From: Candidatus Cloacimonadales bacterium | GTDB lineage: Bacteria; Cloacimonadota; Cloacimonadia; Cloacimonadales; JAIOQZ01 | DNA: 64,000 bases | Direction of reading: 5' to 3' | NCBI GenBank assembly: GCA_963662655.2 | Contig: CAXXTU010000002.1 | Location: 2,464,001-2,528,000, forward strand | In this document: positions 8,860 through 17,994 of the stretch, one piece after another | How the letters are laid out: the number at the start of each line of letters is the position of its first letter | How positions within the stretch are numbered: the first letter of the stretch is position 1 | Position numbers and translations under genes: made by a program | Notes under the pieces: model-generated | What the model was told of the DNA's origin: nothing | Databases searched by the model: none | Seen by the model: the letters and a program-made list of their open reading frames with translations, nothing else

Positions 8860-10104
8860 TCACTTCAGCAGCAGCATCTTCCTCGTGCAGGAATTACCCG
8901 AAGATTCCATCCGGCTGAGATACACCCCGCTTCCGACGGGGCTTCCCTGATCGTCGCGTCCATTCCAGACAACCGAATGCTCTCCCGCGTCCTGCCAACC
9001 TTTCTGAAGCGCACGAACCTGCTGACCTCGTACGTTGTAGATCGTGATCTCCACCTCGCCGGGGTACGCCAGGGAATAAGAGATCGTCGTCTCGGGGTTG
9101 AAGGGATTGGGGTGGTTGGTGAAGTTGCTCGTCTCGACAACCGGAATCTCCTCTTCACTTGTTGCAACAGCTTCCGTGCAATCGAACACACTGAAATAAT
9201 CATGACCTCTAACATAAGCTATCTCGTCAACAACATCAATTTCATAAGTAGTGGGCATATCAAGAGCAGCGCCTACTTCTTCCGGATGCATAGGATCGCT
9301 AATGTCGAAAATTCTAATTCCCAAATATTCCGAAAGAAAGACATACGTTCCCTTCATATCAATACTGTATGGTAATTCGATCAATTCGATTCTTCCTGCT
9401 TCGGTTGGAGAAGCCGGATCGCTCACATCCAGAATAACTACGTGATTATCATAAGTGTAACAAGTATAGTCTCCCTCTACAGCAAATGAAGGATCGAACC
9501 AGATCGTTAATCCGGTATTCGACAACTCTTCAATCTGGCTGAGATCACTAACACTCAGAATTATCAAATCATTATCGCTACGTATATAGATTTTTTGATT
9601 CTCCAGTTCGATATCATCCGCAAGATACTCAGCGTTACAGGAACCGGCCAGAACCGGCTGATCGGGATTGCTGAAATCAACAACCTGAAAGCCTGCGACT
9701 GTCGGTATATAGGCAAAACCGTCTTCTACGCAGAACTCATTAAAACTCCCCGGGCATTGCCATGTACCTCTTTCAACCGGCATTTCCAGAATGCTCATAT
9801 CGAAGATCCGTATCGCATTGGTACTATCCGCCAGATAAACGTAGCTTCCCTCCGTTTCGAAGGATTTCGTATTTTCCGGTATAACCCATTCACATACTGG
9901 AGGCAGGTTGTAAGGCTCGGCAATATTGAGAATGCTGGTATTCAACTGTAGGTCTCTGAAAATAGCATATTCGCCGAGTAATCCATATTCTTGTATTGAA
10001 TTCAGTGAAAACAATTGCCCCTGCTCAACGATCTGCAATGGATCGCTGACATCCAGGGTTATAATTCCCCTATAGACATCCAAACAAAAGAGGTTGTTTC
10101 CCAA
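8860..10104 (-). CDS. C-terminal part of a frameshifted LVIVD-repeat secreted protein with FlgD-Ig/T9SS-type tail
   Basis: GIITLDVSDP, GFQVVDFSNP, GIRIFDISDP repeats; NHPNPFNP tail; no signal peptide, continues the upstream ORF in another frame. Confidence 0.8.
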   Translation of the reverse strand: MGNNLFCLDVYRGIITLDVSDPLQIVEQGQLFSLNSIQEYGLLGEYAIFRDLQLNTSILNIAEPYNLPPVCEWVIPENTKSFETEGSYVYLADSTNAIRIFDMSILEMPVERGTWQCPGSFNEFCVEDGFAYIPTVAGFQVVDFSNPDQPVLAGSCNAEYLADDIELENQKIYIRSDNDLIILSVSDLSQIEELSNTGLTIWFDPSFAVEGDYTCYTYDNHVVILDVSDPASPTEAGRIELIELPYSIDMKGTYVFLSEYLGIRIFDISDPMHPEEVGAALDMPTTYEIDVVDEIAYVRGHDYFSVFDCTEAVATSEEEIPVVETSNFTNHPNPFNPETTISYSLAYPGEVEITIYNVRGQQVRALQKGWQDAGEHSVVWNGRDDQGSPVGSGVYLSRMESSGNSCTRKMLLLK

Positions 10105-10991
10105 ACTGCAAATGCTGCCATAACGTGATTCATGCTCGAAAAAAAAACTAGCTCCAATTGCTCGAGGTTGCTTATATCAATAACACATAGACCTTCCCAC
10201 GTTAACACATACGCATAATCACCGCATGTTGTGAGTTCATAACACCAGTATGATAGATCGAGACAACTCACTTCATCGGGCTGCAAAGGATCGTTTAAAT
10301 CACGTACATGCAATCTATTTCTAGCAAAACAGATACCGTAATCCCCCACGATTTCCATCCGCTCACCATACCCAAGCGTATCGATAATTGCCCTGACTTC
10401 CGGTAAAAGTGGATCGCTCACGTCGACGACAGGTATGTTTCCCCAGGCAGGCATGGCATAGACATAATTCTCGTATTGCACCAAACTTGTCGTAGGGTAA
10501 TCAAGCTGACATTCACCCAAAAAAAAAGGTGAAACTGGGTTACTTATATCGATAATCCGGAAATTACTCCATGTGTTGACGTAGGCGTAATTGCCATTCA
10601 CCAAAACTTGTTTAGCGCTCTCAACTGTCTGGCAATAACTTATAATCTCCGGATGATAGGGATCGCTAATGTCCACAACACAAAGGCCTCTGTCATAGGC
10701 AGGAAGATACGCGTGATCTCCACTAATTGTGAATTGAGTACCTGTAGTTTCCAAAAAAACACAACCGCACATCTCAAGATTCTCCGGATCACTTACATCA
10801 ATAATACAAAATTCTTCTCCGCTATTCAGCACATAGAGGTAATTCCCCAAGGCCTCCATATGGTAGATATTATTCAGTCCGCTAAGCATTGTCTGCCCTT
10901 TGAGTTCGACATTCCAGCATTCCTGCGCGAGAAGCGCTCCGACGATCGTCAATAGTAGAATTGTTATCGTAAGCCGCATCTTGTGCTTCAT
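10059..10991 (-). CDS. N-terminal part of the same frameshifted LVIVD-repeat protein
   Basis: Signal peptide MKHKMRLTITILLL..LLA; GLCVVDISDP, NFRIIDISNP repeats; repeat pattern is lost after the T9 tract. Confidence 0.8.
   Translation of the reverse strand: MKHKMRLTITILLLTIVGALLAQECWNVELKGQTMLSGLNNIYHMEALGNYLYVLNSGEEFCIIDVSDPENLEMCGCVFLETTGTQFTISGDHAYLPAYDRGLCVVDISDPYHPEIISYCQTVESAKQVLVNGNYAYVNTWSNFRIIDISNPVSPFFLGECQLDYPTTSLVQYENYVYAMPAWGNIPVVDVSDPLLPEVRAIIDTLGYGERMEIVGDYGICFARNRLHVRDLNDPLQPDEVSCLDLSYWCYELTTCGDYAYVLTWEGLCVIDISNLEQLELVFFSSMNHVMAAFAVWETTSFVWMSIGEL
10139..10147 (-). repeat. T9 homopolymer at the frameshift site
   Basis: Nine A on the + strand; one extra base fuses the two ORFs into 710 aa. 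Confidence 0.8.
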
Positions 10992-11314
10992 TTGCCTCTC
11001 CTTTTCCGTCTTTTCAAAGAAATGCCCATTTTTGCTTCATACCACGAGAAAACTCACACCCTCAAAGTGGTATTCTATTCTACACGTTGTCAATCTTTTA
11101 ATTATGCATATCCCATCTATAATTAAATTTGTGTACATCAAACGAATCCACGTTTCCGCCGGACGTTGCTTGTAAGTCTCAAATCATATTCCTGAATTTT
11201 ATCGAGAAAAATGACTCTCCTGCAAAAACTTGTTGCCTGATTACAGAGACATAAAATAGTTGTATGGATGAAAATGGGAGATAAACACCACGTTATCGTA
11301 ACACTACGTGGCGT

Positions 11315-11782
11315 ATGGAAAGTATGAAGATTCGATGGATTCTGATTCTATTACTCATAACCGTTTGCAGCGGATTGTTTTCCGAGGACTTCACTCCGGG
11401 GAAATCACCGGTGAAAGCCGCGTTGTTCTCGCTGGTTCTGCCGGGCGCAGGGCAGTTTTACAACGAAAGCTACTACAAGGCCGGCACGATTTTCCTGGTG
11501 GAGGGCATCCTCATCGGAAAGGCGATCCACGACCACTACGAGACGGAAAAAGCCTACGATAAAGCCATGAACAGCTACGGAGACGAATACGAGAAATGGG
11601 CGGACCGTTACTACACCTATTACGATCGCAGGCAAAACGATTACTGGTGGCTGGGGATCACGATCCTGCTCTCCTCCATCGACGCATTTGTGGACGCCCA
11701 CCTGTACAACTACGAAACGCTCCGCGACGACATTCATTTACGCTTTGAAAAAGATAAAATACTAATCTCATGGGAATTTTGA
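11315..11782 (+). CDS. DUF5683-like membrane/secreted protein
   Basis: KSPVKAALFSLVLPGAGQFYN and SSIDAFVDAHL motifs; start may be 11324. Confidence 0.75.
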   Translation: MESMKIRWILILLLITVCSGLFSEDFTPGKSPVKAALFSLVLPGAGQFYNESYYKAGTIFLVEGILIGKAIHDHYETEKAYDKAMNSYGDEYEKWADRYYTYYDRRQNDYWWLGITILLSSIDAFVDAHLYNYETLRDDIHLRFEKDKILISWEF

Positions 11783-11803
11783 CATACTAATTGGGAGGAT
11801 TTG

Positions 11804-13282
11804 ATGGTATTTAAGTATGGACTTGTTGCCGCTTACGGAATCATGATTATCGTGATCGGCATCCTGGGTCTGAAAAAGACCAAGAGTTTCAACGATTACT
11901 TTCTCGGCGGAGGCAAGGTCGGCGCGATCATGACCGCTTTCACCTATGGAACCGCCTACTTTTCAGCCGTTCTGTTCATCGGATTTGCCGGCAAGATCGG
12001 TTGGGGATTCGGTTACTCCGGCCTTTGGATTGCCGTAACCAACGCGATTATCGGCGTGGTTGGCGTGTGGTGGTTCGTTGGCCCGCGTATTAAAAGACTT
12101 TCCATCCAGATGAACGTTACCACGATGGCCGAGTTTCTCGAGAAACGCTACGATAGCAAGATCATAAAATTCATGGCCGCCATCTCGATTTTTATTTTCT
12201 TCGTCCCCTATTCAGCCGCCGTCTTTATGGGGCTGTCCTATCTGTTCGAAACGACATTCCACATTCAATACACCTACGCGCTGCTGGCGATGGGCGGTTT
12301 TACCGCACTCTATCTCGTTATGGGCGGCTACAAATCCATGACCATGATCGACGTGATCTTCGGTATGATCATGTCCGTCGGCGTTGTCATTCTCCTGGCC
12401 TTCACCATCAATCGTGGCGGTGGAATTGGAAACATTACGCAAAGCTTGGCGGCGATCAATCCCAAGCTGGTCAAGCCGGTGGGACCTCCCGGAATCTGGC
12501 CGCTGCTCAGCCTGGTGATGCTCACCAGCGTCGCGCCGTTCGCTATGCCGCAGCTTATTCAGAAATTCTACGCGATCAAGGACGAGAAAACCATCAAGAA
12601 AGGTCTTGTCGCGTCCACCGTTTTCGCACTGCTGATCGGCGGCGTAGCCTATTTCACCGGCGCAACCACCCGCATCTTCCTGAATCCGGAAGTCGCTCCC
12701 GGGGCTTTCATCGACGGGAAACCGGCATTCGATCGCCTGATGCCGGAGCTTCTGATGAACATTATCCCCGAGTCTCTGTCCGTTGTGATCCTTCTTCTGA
12801 TTCTTTCCGCATCGATGTCCACCCTTGCGGCGCTCGTGTTGATTTCGAGTTCGTCGATCGCGAAAGACATCTATGCCGGATTCATCAATCCGAATGTACG
12901 GGATCGGACACTCACGACCCTAATGCGTATAGGAAGCGCTTTCTTTGTACTTCTTTCCGTGATTCTTGCCTACTTCCAACCCGCATCCATCGTAAGCATC
13001 CTGGGAATCTCCTGGGGAGCGATTGGAGCGGTGTTCTTAGGGCCATTCATCTGGGGATTATTTTCCCGTAAGGTGAACGATATTGGCGCAATTTCTGCAT
13101 CCGTTCTCGGTCTTGGCACGTGTCTTGTATTATACGTGATGAAGGGCCCATCATTCTCGCCACAGGCGGGGTCGATCGGAATGATCGTATCGTTGGTGGT
13201 TTGCCCGTTGTTCAGCTATCTGAAGCCCAAGAGGTTGGTGAGACCAGCCCATGAAATATGGGAGAAACACCACCGGGATTGA
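11804..13282 (+). CDS. Sodium:solute symporter family (PutP/PanF-like)
   Basis: DYFLGG, TMAEFLEKRYDS, MPQLIQKFY, SASMST; many TM helices; GGAGG RBS. Confidence 0.9.
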   Translation: MVFKYGLVAAYGIMIIVIGILGLKKTKSFNDYFLGGGKVGAIMTAFTYGTAYFSAVLFIGFAGKIGWGFGYSGLWIAVTNAIIGVVGVWWFVGPRIKRLSIQMNVTTMAEFLEKRYDSKIIKFMAAISIFIFFVPYSAAVFMGLSYLFETTFHIQYTYALLAMGGFTALYLVMGGYKSMTMIDVIFGMIMSVGVVILLAFTINRGGGIGNITQSLAAINPKLVKPVGPPGIWPLLSLVMLTSVAPFAMPQLIQKFYAIKDEKTIKKGLVASTVFALLIGGVAYFTGATTRIFLNPEVAPGAFIDGKPAFDRLMPELLMNIIPESLSVVILLLILSASMSTLAALVLISSSSIAKDIYAGFINPNVRDRTLTTLMRIGSAFFVLLSVILAYFQPASIVSILGISWGAIGAVFLGPFIWGLFSRKVNDIGAISASVLGLGTCLVLYVMKGPSFSPQAGSIGMIVSLVVCPLFSYLKPKRLVRPAHEIWEKHHRD

Positions 13283-13325
13283 TCGCTGGATTTTTTACAG
13301 GATTATGCACATTGAGGAGAGAGAG

Positions 13326-15629
13326 ATGCGAAAATTATCATTTGTAACGATGGTCTTATTGCTAGGCGCGCTGCTTCACGGCGCGATGCTCAAGAACATC
13401 CCGATGACAATCACCCAGCCGGACGGCACAACGTTCGAGTGTCTGGCGAGCGGTGATGAATATTTCAACTACCTGCACGACGAAAACGGCTACACGATCA
13501 TCCAGAGTCAGGACGACGGCTTTTATTATTATGCCGCCATGCAAAACAATGCCCCTGTAGCGTCTGCGTACCGTGTAAACGAAGTCAATCCAGCTTCGGC
13601 CGGGCTTGAGCCCGGTACGTTGATATCGAAAGAAGAATATCTGGAACGACGCTCACAAAAAGAGAGCTCCATGCGTGACGGCGACCGCATGAATTCGATC
13701 GGAATCGTACAGAATCTCGTTGTTTACATTCGCTTTGCGGATCAATCCGAGTTCGATAATCCACGTACGTATTTCGACGCAAAATTCAACGGCGACGACA
13801 ATTCACTGGGAGATTACTACGATGAGGTCTCGTACGGTCAGATGGAAGTGCTGAGCACCCATTACCCCGTCTGCGAGACAACAACGAATCTTTCCTATCA
13901 GGATTCACATCCTCGCCGATACTACAGCCCGTACAATCAGGTCACGAATCCGGAAGGTTACCAGAACAGTGGCCAGTACAGCGATCGCGAGCACCAGCTC
14001 CTGGTCAATGCAATCAACTATATCGCCGACGAAGTTCCCGAAGACCTGGTCATCGATAATGACAACGACGGCAAGGTCGACAATGTCTGCTTCATCATCC
14101 GCGGCGGAAACGATAGCTGGGCGGACCTCCTGTGGGCGCATCGCTGGATGCTTTTTTCCTACACGGTATACGTTCACGGGAAACGCGTTTACGACTACAC
14201 GTTCCAGCCTGAGACTCAGAACGAAGTCAGTACGCTCTGCCACGAAATGTTCCACTCGGTCGGCGCACCCGACCTCTACCACTACAACGGCGGTTCTTTC
14301 GAATCCTGCGGTGTGTGGGACATCATGGATGGCGGTTCGGCACACATGGGCGCGTACATGAAGTATATGTACAGCGACTGGATTTCCGAGATCCCTGAAA
14401 TCTCCGCCCACGGCACGTATTACCTGAATTCATTGCTCGATGGCGTCAACAACTGCTTTAAAATCCCGTCGCCCAACTGCTCCACGGAATATTTTGTTCT
14501 GGAATATCGCCGGAAAGTTCCGGGGACATACGAGAACATGCTCCCATCGTCCGGGCTTGTCGTGTACCGTATCAATTCGCTTTACGAGGGACAGGGGAAC
14601 GCCTCCGGTCCTCCCGACGAGGTTTACATCTACCGGCCGGGTGGAACGACGAGCGCGAATGGCAACCTCAATCAAGCGCCATTCTCGGAAGAAAACGGTC
14701 GCAGAAGCATCAGCGATGAAACAAATCCAAGCTGCTTCCTCAGCAACGGGGATCCTGGCGGATTATTCATCCATCAGGCAGGTTCCTGCGATGATCAGAT
14801 TTCGTTCATCCTTTACCCTGAACTGGGATACCTTTCAGGCGTTGTTTCCGCGAACAACGGCGACCCCGACCTGACACAGGTACAGATCGTCATCGACGAT
14901 TTCATCATGTCTCCGGGAGCCAGCGGAGGCTTTTCGGTGCCCTACTACGAGGGCACCTACGAAGTCACGGCCCTTCTCGACGGCTACGCTCCGGCAACAG
15001 CCACCGCCGTGATCCCACCGAACGGTTTCGTGGATATCGAGCTCAATCTCGATTTCCTCGCACCGCCTTTCAATCTCGATCGTACGCTCGACGGAAACGA
15101 CGTGCACATGACGTGGTCGTTCGATAATGAAGACGACGAGAATTTCACACACTACGCAATCTACATCAAGGCGACCTCGCAGAACTTCGCTCAGTTCGCG
15201 ACTACAACCGATTGCGTCTACGATGTGACCCTCTCACCCGTGCTGGACTACGCTTTCCAGGTAAGGGCGATCTACGACAACGGCACAAGCGCTCCCTCGA
15301 ACACGATATACATCAGCTACGTGGATAACGATGATCCGACCGCGCCTCCGGTCGAGACGGCGCTCAACGGAAACCATCCCAACCCGTTCAACCCCACCAC
15401 GGAGATCAGTTTCTCGCTCAAGGATCAGCAGCAGGTAAAACTGGAGGTGTTCAACCTCAAGGGACAGCTTGTGAAAACCCTGGTGAACGATAAAATGCAA
15501 AGCGGCAACCACACCGTAACCTGGACCGGCGACGACAATCATGGCAAGAAGGTTGGAAGCGGTGTTTACTTCTACCGTATCAAAGCGGGACGCTACGTCT
15601 CAACCAAAAAGATGATTATGTTGAAATAG
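13326..15629 (+). CDS. Secreted M6 (immune inhibitor A-like) metalloprotease with FN3-like domain and FlgD-Ig/T9SS-type tail
   Basis: QPDG..F....SGDEY prodomain, YYDEVSYG, zinc motif CHEMFHSVGAPDLY, WDIMDGG, EYFVLEYR; NHPNPFNP tail. Confidence 0.9.
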   Translation: MRKLSFVTMVLLLGALLHGAMLKNIPMTITQPDGTTFECLASGDEYFNYLHDENGYTIIQSQDDGFYYYAAMQNNAPVASAYRVNEVNPASAGLEPGTLISKEEYLERRSQKESSMRDGDRMNSIGIVQNLVVYIRFADQSEFDNPRTYFDAKFNGDDNSLGDYYDEVSYGQMEVLSTHYPVCETTTNLSYQDSHPRRYYSPYNQVTNPEGYQNSGQYSDREHQLLVNAINYIADEVPEDLVIDNDNDGKVDNVCFIIRGGNDSWADLLWAHRWMLFSYTVYVHGKRVYDYTFQPETQNEVSTLCHEMFHSVGAPDLYHYNGGSFESCGVWDIMDGGSAHMGAYMKYMYSDWISEIPEISAHGTYYLNSLLDGVNNCFKIPSPNCSTEYFVLEYRRKVPGTYENMLPSSGLVVYRINSLYEGQGNASGPPDEVYIYRPGGTTSANGNLNQAPFSEENGRRSISDETNPSCFLSNGDPGGLFIHQAGSCDDQISFILYPELGYLSGVVSANNGDPDLTQVQIVIDDFIMSPGASGGFSVPYYEGTYEVTALLDGYAPATATAVIPPNGFVDIELNLDFLAPPFNLDRTLDGNDVHMTWSFDNEDDENFTHYAIYIKATSQNFAQFATTTDCVYDVTLSPVLDYAFQVRAIYDNGTSAPSNTIYISYVDNDDPTAPPVETALNGNHPNPFNPTTEISFSLKDQQQVKLEVFNLKGQLVKTLVNDKMQSGNHTVTWTGDDNHGKKVGSGVYFYRIKAGRYVSTKKMIMLK

Positions 15630-15646
15630 AGCTTTCTCTTACTGTG

Positions 15647-15678
15647 AAGCCGTTTCCAAGATGGAAACGGCTTTTTTT
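15647..15678 (+). terminator. Rho-independent terminator
   Basis: AAGCCGTTTCCA-AGA-TGGAAACGGCTT followed by a T-run. Confidence 0.85.
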
Positions 15679-15762
15679 ACACGCAATCAGTGTGCTGAGG
15701 AATAAGAGATTTCCCTCTTCTTAATCACTACGAAAGTCTTTATAATATCCAGTACTCGATAT

Positions 15763-15818
15763 GTGTTATATCCACATCGGAGCATGCGATCGGACGAAGG
15801 TGCCACGAGATGGAAAAC
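15763..15818. repeat. Right half of the dispersed hairpin element (partial copy)
   Basis: GTGTTATATCCAC..CGGAGC...CGAAG.TG...ATGG matches 56955-57008. Confidence 0.55.
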
Positions 15819-15825
15819 AATCGCA

Positions 15826-16962
15826 CTACAGGAATTTGCCGTAGTTGTTCAACACCTCGTGATACGTTGCGTGATTCTCATTCAAAATGATCTCGATTGA
15901 AGGATGTGCGATATTCTCCACACCCTGAAGGTAGTTTCGTAAAATCGTTTCGATCTGCCTGAACTTGATCCTTCCGCCCAGGAAAAGCTCAATCGCCGCT
16001 TCATTTGCTGCGTTTAGCACCGTTGGAAGAATGCCTCCCTTCCGCGCGACCTCCAGTGCCAGATAGAAAACTGGATAGCGATCTTTCTCCACCGGCTCGA
16101 ATGTAAGCGTACCGATGTCCGACAGAGAGGTTTTTACCAGGTTCGACTGAAATCGCTCGGGGTAGCTTAGCGCGTAGAGAATCGGGAGCTTCATCGAAGG
16201 CGTACTCATCTGCGAGAGGATCGAACCATCGATGAACTCCACCATCGAGTGTACGATCGATTGCGGGTGGATCACCGCCTGAATGTCGTCATAACCAATC
16301 CCGAAGAGCCAGTGCGCTTCCATGACCTCGAGTGCTTTGTTCATCATGGTTGCCGAATCGATGGTGACCTTGGCCCCCATATCCCAGGTTGGGTGATTCA
16401 ACGCATCCCGGGGGGTTATTGTCTCGAAATCATCCAGCGGAAGCGTGCGGAACGGTCCGCCAGACGCTGTGAGAATAAGCTTGCCGATCTCCCGCTTGGG
16501 ACTTTGTCCGATCACCTGAAACAACGCGCTGTGCTCGCTATCCACCGGTATGATCTTCGAGCCCGATTCACGGCAGATATCCGTGATCAGATGCCCGGCC
16601 ATCACCAGAGATTCCTTGTTGGCCAGCGCGACATCCTTGCCCCTTTTCACTGCCTCGTTGGTGTAGATCATCCCGGCCGAGCCGGCCACCGCGTTGAGTA
16701 CGATATCGTAATCGGCATGACGAAGCAAGTCCAGAAGCGCTTCGGAACCGCTGGCCATGTTTTCGGGGATATCCGCTACCGAGCGATCGGTGATCACGGG
16801 ATGAAGGATATTGAATTCGATCGAGAGATCGATCAGGTTTTTGAGATTGCTGTGCGTGGATGCAACGGTGATTTCGAAATGGTCGCAGTGATGCCGGATG
16901 ACATCGATCGCGGAAGCGCCGATGGACCCGGACACGCCGAGAATTGCTATTTTCTTCTTCAT
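15826..16962 (-). CDS. dxr: 1-deoxy-D-xylulose 5-phosphate reductoisomerase
   Basis: LGVSGSIG, ALANKESLV, PVDSEHSA, HPTWDMGAKVTIDSATMMNK. Confidence 0.97.
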   Translation of the reverse strand: MKKKIAILGVSGSIGASAIDVIRHHCDHFEITVASTHSNLKNLIDLSIEFNILHPVITDRSVADIPENMASGSEALLDLLRHADYDIVLNAVAGSAGMIYTNEAVKRGKDVALANKESLVMAGHLITDICRESGSKIIPVDSEHSALFQVIGQSPKREIGKLILTASGGPFRTLPLDDFETITPRDALNHPTWDMGAKVTIDSATMMNKALEVMEAHWLFGIGYDDIQAVIHPQSIVHSMVEFIDGSILSQMSTPSMKLPILYALSYPERFQSNLVKTSLSDIGTLTFEPVEKDRYPVFYLALEVARKGGILPTVLNAANEAAIELFLGGRIKFRQIETILRNYLQGVENIAHPSIEIILNENHATYHEVLNNYGKFL

Positions 16963-16977
16963 GAATCCTCGTTGGTT

Positions 16978-17937
16978 TTAGAACTGGAGTCCCAGCGATA
17001 CGCGGTGCGAATCCTCCAGCTCCGTATTTTGCTCGAACGCATAATGCAGCTCGAGCGGAAGCAGGGAGAGGGTCAGGCCGGCGGTCACATTCTCCACGTC
17101 GTATCCCAGGAACAGCGAAAGCACCTCGTGCGCCTGTATCGCCAGCCCGGCATGGTAGTCCAGGCTCATGAAACCGAGAGACGTCGTAGCGCTTTCATCG
17201 CGGTTCTCGAAATACGATTCGATACCGAATATTATGCTCACCGGCGTATGAATCCACGGAAAATTGAAGTGGAAGTTCGATTCCAGATCCAACCCGGGAT
17301 TTACAGTCTCATGTGTTCCATTTTCCCAGAATATCTGCGTACTGAAGAAGTCGCGCAGCCTTGCACCGAGCGTTACATTTTCGCCGAAATCGTGATACGA
17401 GGTGAGGTCGGCGCCAAAGCCGTACCCGGTTTCCTTTGCCAGCACGCGGTAAGCGAACTTCGGCGTAACACCGATCGGTATTCCGCTCACGTCCGTGGCG
17501 AATCCCGCGTAGATGATATAATCCGCGTTGTTCACGCTATCGTACTCGTATGGTTGATTGTTCGCAGAAAGCGAGTCGTCGGGGTTGTCTTTTCTCGTGA
17601 GTGGAATATCGTCGATACCGATGCGCGAAATCACGATCGCGAAGGGTTTCTTCGATCCAATCACACCGGAGATGGTATCATACTGGAATTCTCCCAGTTC
17701 TTCCGCGTGCATTAGCTCGAAGCGTGTATTTTGCTTCTTCGAAAGCAGCGATGCGTTCCAATACGCCAATGCGGACGAGTTCGCATCCGTCAGTCCCGTT
17801 CCGCCCATGGCGTAATTTCTCACGCCGGCTCCCATACGGAAAATCTCACCGGCATACTTTTCGGCAGATAGCGTGGCCACACTCGCGATTACCACAAACA
17901 GCAGCAGAATTCGAATCCAGTTACTTTGCCCTATCAT
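16978..17937 (-). CDS. PorV/PorQ-like outer-membrane beta-barrel protein
   Basis: Signal peptide; GAGVRNYAMGG...ALAYWNAS N-terminal motif; C-terminal HRVSLGLQF barrel signature. Confidence 0.7.
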   Translation of the reverse strand: MIGQSNWIRILLLFVVIASVATLSAEKYAGEIFRMGAGVRNYAMGGTGLTDANSSALAYWNASLLSKKQNTRFELMHAEELGEFQYDTISGVIGSKKPFAIVISRIGIDDIPLTRKDNPDDSLSANNQPYEYDSVNNADYIIYAGFATDVSGIPIGVTPKFAYRVLAKETGYGFGADLTSYHDFGENVTLGARLRDFFSTQIFWENGTHETVNPGLDLESNFHFNFPWIHTPVSIIFGIESYFENRDESATTSLGFMSLDYHAGLAIQAHEVLSLFLGYDVENVTAGLTLSLLPLELHYAFEQNTELEDSHRVSLGLQF

Positions 17938-17994
17938 CCCATACCTCTATGATTGATGTGTTTGCAGGTAAAACGATTACAATCACATTACGTT

